A DNA stretch of 64,000 nucleotides from Acanthaster planci (lineage: Eukaryota), in assembly GCF_001949145.1 (NCBI RefSeq), contig NW_019091360.1:3408864-3472863 (forward strand). The letters run 5' to 3'. The notes beneath the pieces were generated by a model. It was not told where the DNA came from. It made no database searches and saw nothing but the letters and a program-made list of their open reading frames with translations. Both the position numbers and the translations under genes were made by a program. Of this stretch, positions 38,400-50,400 are shown one piece after another (positions within the stretch are counted from its first letter, which is position 1; every line of letters starts with the position of its first letter).

Positions 38400-39462
38400 C
38401 CATCTTCAGCCTCACTTTTTGTAAATTTATGTGCAGTGGATATCATTAAAGCTTCTGACCACATTAATCACACAACTGCAATAGAAAAACCTATTCACCT
38501 AGGGGTTGATAGACACCTCCTTCCAACGAATTGCATCTTTTTGTCACATCTTTCCCAAACTGTTCGTTTTCGGGGCATCACTTCCACCCCTCTTGATCTC
38601 ATTTGCGGTGTTCCGCGGGGCACGAAATTAGATCCCATAATTTTTCTCGTCATGGTAAACGATGCTGCTCAGACACCAGCAAATCGTTGGAAATATGTTG
38701 GTGATCTGAGTTATTTTAAATTAGAAATAAGCAACGACCATCAAGTATTCAATCACATATCAATTTACGTGCTGTTTGGTGTTCCAAAAACGATATGAAA
38801 CTTAATCCTGCTAAATGTACAACTTTGCTTTTCTCATTCTTGCGTAATCCACCTCCTCCTCTGCATCTTAAAGTTAATGATGTACATCTATGAAGTTACT
38901 TAGAATAATCATCCAAGATGACCTAAGGTGGAACCAGCAGGTTCAGCAACTCTTTGTCAATGCTTCACGTACACTTTACGATCTAAGTAAACTTAAGAAA
39001 AATGGTATATCAACGCTATTGATCTTATTTGTATAAGACATACAGTCGTCCTGTGCTTGAATATGGTGCAGTGTGTGGTCCCCAGGTCTGACTTGCAATC
39101 AAGTTGGAAGTATTGAGAGTGTCCAGAAACGTGCAATTCGCTTAATTTCTTACCCAAATGTTTTACCATATACAGATGCGCTCAATTTTTTAAATATCAA
39201 ATCGCTGTCAGACAGACGTGTTGACCTTACTTTCAACTTGCTCAACTTACTTTTTAATAGTTCTTAGTAACTGATGTGTTTTAATGATTTTAATGTTTTT
39301 GTTTACTTCCAAACAAGTCTTATGTTATATTTTAATCACTATTTATCCTATTTTATGCGTATATGTTTTGATAATCATTGCCAAGGTTGAACCTATCGTA
39401 AACCAACATTTGTAGTCTTTGTGACTTTTTTTGGGGGGGGGGCTTTTAACAATAAACCAACC
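38400..39462 (+). mobile_element. Decayed non-LTR retrotransposon (LINE, CR1/L2-group-like) reverse-transcriptase 3' fragment
   Basis: Degenerate RT motifs: VDIIKASDHINH (cf. DxxKAFD), CGVPRGTKLDPIIFLVMVND (cf. GVPQGxxLGPxLF), WKYVGDL (cf. YxDD), then MKLNPAKC, IIIQDDLRWNQQV, RPVLEYG, WSPGL..IESVQKRAIRLI and LSDRR. Frameshifts and stops intervene. A T-rich 3' UTR ends at aataaaccaacc. Confidence 0.85.
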
Positions 39463-39802
39463 ATTAAACTCCGTCCACCCTTTGTGTTATGCTTTAGCCA
39501 GAAATATCAGCAAACTGGCAAAAAATTACAGTGGTGCTAATCATGGCATAGTTGTGGAGGGGGCGCGGCTCTTTTTCATTGTAGGAGCACTCAGTAGCAG
39601 CGGAGTAGCAGTGGAGAGGATTAAGTCAGAGGTCACTTCCTTGGAAACTTATTTGCTTTCCCCTTATTTCATCTTCCTGTTTCTGTCCTTTTTCCTTTGT
39701 ATTTTTTACCATTTTTTTCCACGACGGCAGGACCAATGCTCCCACCCCAACAACAACGATGCTGCTGCATATTTTGGCAAAATACACATTTTGTGTAAAT
39801 TT

Positions 39803-39981
39803 CAATACGGGCGATTCACAATTGTGCACCACCAAGAGTTTGCCAACGCATTGGCCAATCACAATGCGTGAAATTTGTTGACCCTTTCCAAACGCTCATT
39901 GGGTCGACAAATTTTGCGCATTGTGATTGGCCATCACGTTTTAAACTCTTGGTGGCGGACTATTGTGAAATGGCTGTATTG
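39803..39981. mobile_element. Fully palindromic ~180-bp foldback MITE
   Basis: Left arm CAATACGGGCGATTCACAATTGTGCACCACCAAGAGTTT...TGGCCAATCACAATGCGTGAAATTTGTTGACCC, then a 16-nt loop, then right arm GGGTCGACAAATTTTGCGCATTGTGATTGGCCA...AAACTCTTGGTGGCGGACTATTGTGAAATGGCTGTATTG. Confidence 0.85.
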
Positions 39982-41089
39982 TTCCTTGCACATTGACAAT
40001 GAAATTTACTTACACAGCAAATGGCTGCTTCTAGTCCGAAATGATTATACCATGTCAAATTTTCTTTTTCTTATTTTAATGAATGATACATGTACATTTA
40101 TTACATGGTGTATTAAAAATATTAGAAATGTCATAAACAATTTAATTTCAATTCATTCTTTGACCGATGAGTTGAGTTTTTCAGGAACTGCTTTTTTTTC
40201 TCTACTTTTTTTCTTCCAAAGTAACAAAACAAGTTATTTATGAAATTACACAAGTTTTTGACTGTCTTCTCCCACTAATTTCACTTGGCCTCAGGGTGCA
40301 GGGAGCTCCCCCCCACTCCGCTCTTTCCGACCCTGTTCATCACTGGTAACTTGTTTCTTTCCTGCAAGCAGGAGATCCAAAATGTGGACGGTATCCGGCA
40401 GTGAAGCAGTAGCCCTCAGCAAACTTGCAGAAGTTGATCTGAACAAGCTAGAACAAGACGAAAATGTTTCAGTGCAAAACTGTGGACAAATCAAATACAT
40501 ACGGTAGCTTACTCAAAGAAACCTCCGCAAAAAACAACGAGGTTTTCAAGGAACAGTTTTCAGTTTGTCTTGGCAACCAAAAGTGATTGTCAACATTTGA
40601 AATGTCCCCTCTAGCTCAACTTCAAACCAATTTCAATGACATGTTTTGCATGCCAAGTCGAAACCTGACCTAAAATGAAGCCAGCAAGTTGGCGTGTTCC
40701 AAACTTCAAGCCTTTATGGAGCAATTGCACGAGTCAAGCCTAACGTACATGAACCTGTTTGTATTGGCTGACGTGCTGACTGATACTGTCGTGTGGGTGT
40801 GTTCAAAACATATCGGTTGCATGAAACAATTCCTTATCTTGCAAATTTATCACTAACTTTGTAAACTCCTCTCCATCGACTCGCCCTACTGCCACGCGGC
40901 TCATTGCACACGGAGTAAGGAAATATTTATCCTTGCTCTTTGCACAAAATCCAGCAAAAGGCACACCTGATTTAAGCATCATACCTGAGTCACATCTGTT
41001 CGAAGCAACGTTTAGTTTCCCCAAACAGGAATTCTTATGTAGAGTGCTCAAAGAGCAGAGGACGCGTCGAACAGCTGGTTGTCTTTTCA

Positions 41090-41104
41090 CAGCGCCCTCT
41101 ATCG
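41090..41104 (+). promoter_or_regulatory. CTCF-like motif CAGCGCCCTCTATCG
   Basis: Same motif and orientation as 34728-34742, located just beyond the putative Wnt3 3' end. Confidence 0.45.
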
Positions 41105-41137
41105 CCGCAGAGAATTAATGAGCAAACTCTTGTTAGG

Positions 41138-41561
41138 CCCAACTATTGCAATGTTTCCAACTTTAATTGGGACGGTTCCAATTAAGACGGAGTAGTTGGG
41201 CAACTTCATAGTTGGGACGAATCAGCACAGTTGAGGCCCAACTAGAATTGTGCCGATTCGTCCCACTGAGCCGTGTCCGAAACGGGATTCCAGAGCTACG
41301 ACTAGGTCTATTGTCTGCGCGTCCCCAAGCATTTCCAATGGAGTAAAAACCTAGACCTAGCTCTAGACAACAGATTCGGATGAAGCCCCAGTTTCAGAGT
41401 GTGCTGTGTGCTCTCTGAATGTTGACCCATTTGCAGATGCGATTTTTATCATTTCCTAACCACTCCGTTGCGATTGGGACAGCTCCACCTAGTACTGTAT
41501 CTCCCAAATAGTAATTGGGACCGATGCGCACAACTACAGTTGGACTATTGCCATAGTTGGG
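41138..41561. mobile_element. MITE-like element with reiterated CCCAACT/AGTTGGG motifs
   Basis: Left CCCAACTATTGCAATGTTTCCAACTTTAATTG versus reverse complement of right CCCAACTATGGCAATAGTCCAACTGTAGTTG. Many internal (A)GTTGGG / ATTGGGAC units. Confidence 0.6.
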
Positions 41562-41863
41562 TAGATACGACACTTAGTACCAAAACTTCAGATTGACGGC
41601 GATGTTGAAGCTTGCCTGTGGCGTGACTGTCAGAGTGTGCTGGTTCGACATAGTAGAAGAAAAGTTCTGCGGAGTGTTGGACCTTTCTGTACAAATCGGT
41701 AACTCCTCCAGTAAACACGCATGTATTTTATCCCTCAAACGTAAGGATTATGGATTAAGAGTAATCTATAAAAAGAGGTAAGAGTAGGACTATATCACCC
41801 CGTGGTAACGCTATCACTGGTCATCTGCCGTGACCCCTGGCCTGGTAATAAAGTAGGCCTATA

Positions 41864-42020
41864 CAGTCGAACATAGATAAGAAGAGCAATGTTAAAACAA
41901 GGTCATATTTTATAATAAGGACAATTTTAGGTCCCCAAGTGTTTGTTTTTCTTTGTTTTCCATTACTGATAATATAAGGTAACTATAACAAGGTAATTTG
42001 TGAAGAACAGTGTTCCACTG
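41864..42020. mobile_element. pogo/Tigger-type MITE, TA TSD (copy 2, opposite orientation)
   Basis: TA|CAGTCGAAC ... GTTCCACTG|TA. Shares tataa(c/t)aagg..att..ggtc...tttgtttttc...catt.ctgataata...tataacaaggtaatttg with the reverse complement of 10396-10552. Confidence 0.7.
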
Positions 42021-42455
42021 TACTTACATAGGCCTAAGTAATAAAGGCGGTAGGCTAATAAAGTACAGTCCAGAGCCACTGTTGCTTGACACTGTCATTG
42101 ACAGTCGCTCTGCACAAAATACAGTCCGCCATTAGATGGGGCCTTTGAGGGTGACCAGTGAAATGTCGCTTGCTAGTTATTGTCGTCTGTAGTTACTGGT
42201 ACTTAAAGTTTAGCAGCAATGAAGTTTTCTCAACCAACTGAGACACAAAGATGTGTTTTGAAGGTCCGAGTTTCTGGAAAGTAAAACACTTGTCATTCCT
42301 CACCGATAAGATTGTAGAGAATCTTTAAGATCCCAAGAATTTGAGTCAGAACAAATCCATCCCGGTTTCTTCCTTTGAACAGACTTTCAATCACTTAAAA
42401 CGAACAGGAAACAATCTATGAATTGGACGAATGTGTTTACAGAAATAATATTAAG

Positions 42456-42461
42456 TTTATT
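42456..42461 (-). terminator. Candidate Wnt3 polyadenylation signal (AATAAA)
   Basis: Minus-strand AATAAA at the far end of an AT-rich ~1.5-kb stretch after the stop codon, followed by U/GU-rich sequence (attgtttcctgttcgtttt). Alternative hexamers lie at 42962-42967 and overlapping the stop codon (43921-43926). Confidence 0.4.
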
Positions 42462-43921
42462 TCAAGAAATTAATAGTTGCAAAAGCCTTATTCATATAAA
42501 TACAATGGAATATAATGCAACTCTATATAAGTCAGTTTCTATTATGAAAAAATTCACTTTACGAAGCAAAAAAGCGACGGCTTGACGTACACAAATTCAA
42601 CTTGCAAATTCATTTTAGCAAATTTCAGTATAGAATTGTCGTCGATACTTAGAAAGATGCTCGAAACACAATTTCCAGTATACTTTCATTTAGAAATTGT
42701 GTACAGTATACTTCCAAAAGACCTGAAACTAACTGATGTGAAGTTATCTCAAATCTAATCAGTTTTTATCATTATTTATGGGCCATTGGAGGCACAACGT
42801 TTGTCGTATAAAAGTCCATGACTATTTTAAAAAAATAGTTTAGGGTTAATTAGCCCACAGCGGTGATTTGATTGTACTGATTCCTTGCTTGTTACGGATG
42901 AAGGGGATATGCCGAAAGAACAACTGCAGTTTCTTAAACATAGGTTTCAATTTTGCGCCAGTTTATTTAACAGTTTAATAAATTAAAAGTACATTTTAAG
43001 GAGCGCAGCAAGTCGTTAATGTATATGTACAAAAAGAAAAGTAAACACCTCCGCAATAAATTGAGCTGTGTTTGCATACGGTTACTTACTTCATCCAATT
43101 CTATACAGAGCGTTATTCATAACAGTAACATTATTTTAGTAAGTAAGCCGAAGGCAGCCATTTTGTAAGTCTGACTCACCGAAACTTCCAGGCTGATCCG
43201 TGCTTTGCGTTTGGGTACCGGACAATATGGCCGCCGGAGAAAAAATACTCAGTCTTAAAAGTGTACATTGCATAAGTTCTGAAACGCTGGACTGCTCAAT
43301 ATTACATTTAGAAATTATTTACAAAGTCATGGACAATATCTACAAATTATCAGGATATTTTATACGCAACAAGGAACGAAGTATACAGTACAAGAAATCT
43401 AAATTTTACGAACAGGATTATTGTACTATATGTTATTTTTAGACAGGAAAACCGACTAAAATGTGTCTAAAATAGAAGGTTTGTTCTCATTCTTTCTTAA
43501 GCACTGAAAGAAAAAGCTACCCCCTAATGCGAAAACTACGCCAGTGTTCGTAACTTTAAAATGAATTACGACAAATGAAATATTTGCTTCGTTAGGAATC
43601 GTTTACGCAAAATGTGTCCCTCTAACATTGAAGGTTCCAGACGTGGTGCCTTATTGTCGCATATCAGTTGACACACAGCTCCTTCAAATTCATACAAATC
43701 CATGAAGTGTTTGTGCTTTTGAAAGCACCTGTACATAGTCCACGTGACGTTTGTTTGTTGTCCATTTGATCACATAATTTAAGGAGATACAGTACGAATC
43801 GATCTTACTGTTAAATGTGACTGTTAGAAGAAGCCTTGTTTGTCCTTAAACAATGACAAATTTCTAATAGAAGAGAGGCCTGTACAAAACAACCCTTCGA
43901 TTCAGTCCGTCGCAAGTCTAT

Positions 43922-44401
43922 TTATTTACACGTGTGTAGCTCGTAGTTCCGGACGCACTCGTCACAAATCACTTTACAGCACCACACAAACTTACAGTCA
44001 CATCGCTCTACGACCTGTTTCCGGATGGTATTGTACCCTCGTCCGCAGCACATGAGCTGACATCCGTCAATGGCATCCGACGTCCGGTTGCAGGAGCGTC
44101 CTACGGTGCCAAGGGAGCCCAGCTCCGGGTCGTACCGGCAGTAGTCCGGCGACGGTTCGTAGTAGATCAGATCCGCCTTGGTCGGGGGCTTATAGAGGAG
44201 TGATTTGGGTTCCAGGACCTCTACCTTACCGCGCGCCTCCGATTGGCGGACCACTCGCATCTCGGCCGCGCTGTCGTACTTGTCTTTGAGCTTGGCGCCC
44301 AGCGAGCGGAACGGCATCATCTGCCACCAACAAGACTTTAACTCACAGCTGCCTGAGATCCCGTGACATTTACATTTGAGCTCCAGGCTATCTGCTACTG
44401 C
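43922..44401 (-). CDS. WNT3: Wnt3 coding exon 5 (C-terminal cysteine-rich domain, stop codon)
   Basis: Acceptor ttcctttatag|GCA. Encodes [31 protein letters not shown]...CCGRGYNT...[28 protein letters not shown]. Extends ORF-track entry 43922..44320. Confidence 0.97.
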   Translation of the reverse strand, partial: AVADSLELKCKCHGISGSCELKSCWWQMMPFRSLGAKLKDKYDSAAEMRVVRQSEARGKVEVLEPKSLLYKPPTKADLIYYEPSPDYCRYDPELGSLGTVGRSCNRTSDAIDGCQLMCCGRGYNTIRKQVVERCDCKFVWCCKVICDECVRNYELHTCK

Positions 44402-47400
44402 CTATAAAGGAAATTGAACAAAAAAGGAACTTTTCAGCATTTTATATGTCAATAACAACTGACTTGTTGATTATCTAAATAATGACAGTAGGTGATTTTT
44501 TGTGTGTATCCCTCCAAAAGAGTGTAAAAAGCCCCAAACTGAACTTGAAAATAAAGGCTAAATGCAAAAAAGTCGCACATTTTTATCACCACCAAAGGAA
44601 ATCACGTTTTACCACCCCCGCCAAAAAAACCCTTGGTTCCCTTGAGTTTAGTCAAGTCAGTTCAGATACCCATTGATGTAAGTTGATATAAGAAATTACA
44701 GGTTGTGTCAGATTGACTAGTTTCCCGATGTTCGTAGTCTCAGACCCAGTCTGCTTTTCCTTACCTTTCGCCCAGCCTCGTCATTGTGTCTGTCCATTAT
44801 CACACGGGCCCTTGTTCGCAGCTCCTTGGAACTGATGAATTTACGGCTAAATTCAAGACCAAAGTCAACATCCTCGCTGCATCCACTCCATCGCCACGTG
44901 CTATTTGGAATTATCTGCAAATTTGGCATGATAAGATCAACGATCAACGACTCCAACGATTAATTTCCGTATGGAAAACCGTAAGTAACCCTGTTCCCCG
45001 ATTCTGTCGTCTGCAAAGTGGCTTGCCATTGAGGTTTTATGTTTTGACTGAGTGTGTCTCGTCAGAGACATCGTACATGTAGTTTGTACATTGCAGTCAC
45101 AGTAGATCGATTTCTTCACCATGGTTTTTGCATGGGCAATACTTTTAACTGTACGGCTCGGCTGACTTGTGTCAAGAAATTCCCAGTGCCTGCAAAAGTC
45201 AAGGAGGGTGCCTTTTCACATAAGACCTTTGCTCAAACCCCCCACCCCAGGGCAAGTGAATGTGCAGTTTCTTCCGGTTAGACAACATTTTGTTTGAACA
45301 ATATTGTGAGCGAAACGTGCAGCAACACGCACTCGTGTCCAAATGCGTCTATTTAATCACTGCCAAATTCCGCACTAGTTATGTTACAGTGACAGATATC
45401 AGTCCATGTCCTCCTGCTTGAATGGGGCATGCCCAAAGCTTAAGAATGAACTCAACACTAGGTACCTGGTGTGGATTGTCGGCTGGTCCCTGGTGCCTAG
45501 TGTCGCAGCTGCATTGAAGGTAATCACCGCGAGAACACGCTCGGCTGACGGAGTGCGCCACGCCCGCTGAAAAGATGGCGTTAACGAAAGCTTTCTCTCT
45601 CGAACCTGCACCCAGGCAAATGAATGATACTTAAGGAGGTTAAGCTTGATTAAAGTACTCCATAATGAGGTAGTTGAGAAGCTTTCATAAATCCCTTTAT
45701 TGTGAAGAAATAAAAGAAAAAACTAAGAGTGCCATCTGAATCGGTTGGCTTATTGGATGACAAGGAGGTTGACGCCGACCATTTTTCGATATCACAAATT
45801 TGCACTGTTCTCTATTAATACCTTTTTTTTTAACAAAAGATTAAATTACATTTTGAGAAACATGCAATCGAGGAAAAGAAACAGAAACTGTGAACTTCGG
45901 TAACATGTTAAAAGTTTCTTGAAGTCTTCCTTACCGAATTGCAAAATTTTACCGAAGACAGAATTGTCCCCCCTGATTGTTGTGCAATTCCATCGTCTGC
46001 CTCTAAACTGAAATTGGCACTCGTCGATGCCCTGTTTGGCGCCCTCTGCCACGGTCGGAACAAACTCTTCGTTCTGCTCACAGAAGCGAAGCTGTCGATT
46101 CTGGAATCCGGGGATTCGCCGGCACGGGTAGTCGAAGATCTGATCCTCAGAAAATGTGTAAGCGGTCCCAAGCGTCCTGAAATTACATCAATTGAAAACT
46201 GTGGAGATCAGTTTTAAGTCGTTGAAAAAGTTTTTTTCCCGTGGAATAAGTTTGGTATTTCGCTCGTTTCAAAATTTCCAGGGTGACGTGAACACTAAGT
46301 ATTGTGGGTAATTGCCTTACGCATGCGTAGTATGAGCCCTTATGATCGGTTAAACAAGAAATGTCCAATGAACGTCCAAAGAAATTAGTGAGTTCAAATG
46401 AAGTGTGGAATCAGCTCTAATGGTTGTGAATAATGCAGAAATTTTACCATGGTGCAGTAGATATTGAAATTTGGCTTATGATCAGTAGGCGTAATCCAAC
46501 TGTAGCCTTTTCGTCTTACCAAGTCACACCTCCAGAATCGCACCTGAAAACTTCAAACCCCGTTCCAATTTTTCAAACCCTCTACATTGTAAATATTTCT
46601 TATTTTTGGTGGAGCCAGTCAAAGCATTGTTTGCAGAATTCAGCCTACTCACCAGCTTAAACTCATAATAGTTTTTGACAAAAATTCACGTGCCCTGTGA
46701 GAATTCTTCAGGCCTAGTGCACTTTGGCAAACCAATTTTTTTCATGAAAGGAGTTTGGTATTTTATCGCACAAATATATATCTCAAAGCACAATGCAAAC
46801 GGCCTTTGATGTACACCGCAATTTTATGGTTTCACAGTCTTGGGTTCGTGAACTCGATGTGTGTGCAACGGGAAAAATGGATGTAAAATGTGCGTTAAAT
46901 ATGAAGAACCGTGGGATTCAACTTTCTGTTAAATTAATTGCATAGTTTTGCCGACGATATTGCAAAATTAACGCCTATACTCACGCAACTGATTACTTTA
47001 GATTAAAGACAAAAGAGGAACGAGCTTAATTCGACAACTGATACCTTCGTTTATTAGGCCTTTTTTTCAGAAAAATAAGGTGTGGGATTTGCTGATTTTT
47101 TTCGTGTTCAAAGCGCTGTGAACTTTTAAATGTCTTTGCTTAAATAAAATGTGGGAGTTTGAAAAGAGCTGTACGGTTCACGCGTCGCCAAGAGGTATGC
47201 GAATGGCGCCATCTATTGCCCTGCTATCTTAGCTTTCGTTTTTATAAGCAATTCGCCGCACGATCCAGTTCCAAGCACCTCCGTTAAAACCACCACTCGT
47301 CCCTAGCAACCATCCGCTCTTTGTAAAAAAGCAAAAAGTTGATTAAATCTGAGAAGTTCCCACCACGAAACATCACCCCGGGGAAAAACTATCAATCTTT

Positions 47401-50400
47401 GCCATCTTTGGGGCGAAATCCGGGCATAATCGCGTTATTATGAAAGACCAGGGTGCCTATATTCCTCCAAATCAAGGGCCACTTTTATTGGGTAAAAGGA
47501 TTGAGGGAAATGGCACCTCAGTGGGCAATTGATAGGGTATCTTTATTGAGCATTATTGAGGACTGACCCCATCAAAGTATATGCCCCGGCTTTTTCTCTG
47601 TTTTTTTTTTATTTTTTTTATCGTGACTACATTGACGGAAAACTCTACACTGGCTGTTATTACACGTCCAACTTTCCGAAGTGTTGGATTAAATTCACTC
47701 TTACCGAATACCGATTTACTGCAAATAGATGTCAGTTTTAATTAAGAAGGAAGGGATCCGTTTGTACATAAAAAGTAACAGGAAGCTGGACTTTCTGAAA
47801 TTGGGTATCGATTAAAACATAATTATGTAAGTGTTGGAGAAGCATCAACGTTTAGACCCTGAAGACAGTGCATTTCTCACGGCTGTCGTAGATCAAAGAA
47901 GTTGATCTACACATGTGAAAATCACTTGTGAAAAGTTTACAGTCAAAACAGCTTAAAATGATTGGTGTCATTGTGGTTCAATTTTGTTATTTTCGTAACG
48001 ACATGACATTTGGAGGCGTATTTTGCAATGTAACAAATGCAAAGTAAATATTGGGACTCGGCTAATAGACCAGTTAGAGGGGTCATTTTGATATGAATAA
48101 CATTCTTGCCTTGACAGCCAATTCGTCACAGGGATTGATACTGTGGCATGTACGTGTACGTTCACCTCCGGGCTGACTCTAAATGCTGAACAATCAGAGC
48201 GACCTTCTGCTGATGTGCCAAGAGAATTGAACTTTCGAAAGTCGCCAATTAAAATGAGGTTATCCTCGCAACTTCTTGTACCCTTTTATTGTCCTAAATC
48301 TAACCCTGAGGCCTTAACCTTCAAAGGTGCTAATGAAATCGGACAGATTCTTAAAAGTAAAGATACATGAACTCAGAACAACAAGGCCAATTATTCTGGG
48401 CGAGAATACATGTTCAGGAAGCCTTAACTCTCCTCAAAAGATGTTGTTCTAAAAACATTTTCGTACATTCAAAACCAGCGATTTCTAAAATATTTAAACT
48501 TTTGGCAGGAAGTATGGTGGATGAAAATTTATACAGAAACAAACAGGGCGTTAAACCCGTGTCTGATATGCACAACGACTTTCATTACAGGTAGGGTATT
48601 CTAGTCCAAATCTTTTAACTGTTACCCATCATGGCCTGGTTTGTTCTCTGACCTTGTTACATGTATTTTAATTAACAGACATTTCAACTCTTCAAACGGC
48701 CTTGCTTTAAACCTGCGGGGCCGGGTTTCTAAATACGGGATCATGTCACCCCTTTCTTCATCGTCACAAGAGCATGGCGTGTATCTGCCCTGTTACAACA
48801 AAAGGCGTCAAGTGACGCATGTCCTTCGTGGCAATGCGACATCGTCTGCCGGTGAACAATGAAATTTGTAACAGTGGGGTGTCGTTTTATGTTCAGTGAC
48901 TATGTCGTGTGATACATATACCACTGCGGCAAATGAAAAAAATTAGACTTGTTCAGGTGTGAGTCAAGGAAAGGTTGATAAGCCAAGTACATGTAGCAGC
49001 GCGGAAGTCACCTAGAAGTACTCCTCCTTTGTTTACTTTCTTGTGAATTTATTCCAAAGAAATAGTGACTGGATGCTCATCGAAGCTGATTACTTTGCGG
49101 CTTCGTCAGTGTAATCTTGCAAATCTTCATGTTTCCTGCCTGTCTTAGGACGAAAAGTTCAAGCAAAATTTTCCAGCCTCGTATCTCCCCTGTTTATATC
49201 ACAACCACGCGCCCCCGGTTATACGTTTTCGGCGAACTTCCAGTCTCGTCAAAAGATACCGTACTTGAAAAGTCAGAAAGGGCGTCGTTCTGAGCCTACT
49301 TAAAAACCGATTAGTTTCAATCCCTGGAGAGCACTTCTGTTTCAAGTCCATTGATGGAAACAATTCCTCGATTTCAGTGCAATTATTTCGAAGGCCATCG
49401 GAGATATGCAGGAATGGTTTATAAAGACCGCAGATTACCTGGATGTATTTTGAGATCCATGTAAATCAAAGTACTGAATAAAAACCCTTCACTGCACTGA
49501 AATGGTATTTTTTTTACAGGGCACAGTGTCCATTGTCATTGTCAAAGGTCATTGTTAAGCCTGTTGCAGTTGATGAAAACAACAAGGTTTTCGTCTGCAT
49601 AGCTATCCCTTGACGAAATTCTATGAACCCTGTCAAAGGGGATGACGAATATTTCACTCTTTTTCCCTGTTTTGTTTCCATCTTCAAACAGTAAAAATAA
49701 CTCACTTGGCAGATTTCTGGACGCGCAAAAATATGCCATTAATAATCAGCTTAAGGTGAAAACACACGCAGTGTTTCAAATTTACAACTTTGACACTGTT
49801 GGTATGATTGGTCATGGGAATGAATTAGCCATCATTAGTTTGACCTTTCAAGAAGACAAGCTGATGTTGTTTATCAAATACACGTGTGAATTTACGCGCT
49901 TTTTCGATTGGGAACAATTTAATCTCTTTCTGACCAAGTTTATTTGCGGTTTGGCACGGTGTCAGCGAAAGGAGCGAACAAACCTTCCTAAAAGAGTGGT
50001 TTATTACAGTAATTACAAACAGGTGTCGATTCGAGATGCACAGTTAGCTGCAGTTAATTTTGATAAGGAAATAGAGAAATGAAACGGCGAGGAGTGTGAC
50101 GTCACAAACAGTACATGTCCGTAACCATCACCATGGAAACTATTTACAAAACAACAACATTTTCGTCTTGAAACCGCAATAACCCCTGACATTGTGTGTA
50201 CTTATCCCCTTTCGGTATTTCAAATGACTTAGAGAAGCTAATCGGTGAATTCCTCCAGGCAAGTTTCAATGAATCGGGAATCATACTCGATTTAACCCGG
50301 AAAAGGCTGCTCAGTCTGCTTCAGGACCTGATCCCATTTTCCAGCTTTTCCACTTCAATCGAAGAGTTTAAAATAATGACTTGCAGCGCGGGCCGAGAGG

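Noticed and set aside
41138..41561. CRISPR-like array of short repeats
   Set aside because: Repeats are 6-9 bp, in both orientations and irregularly spaced, in eukaryotic DNA with no cas genes. They fit subterminal motifs of a MITE.
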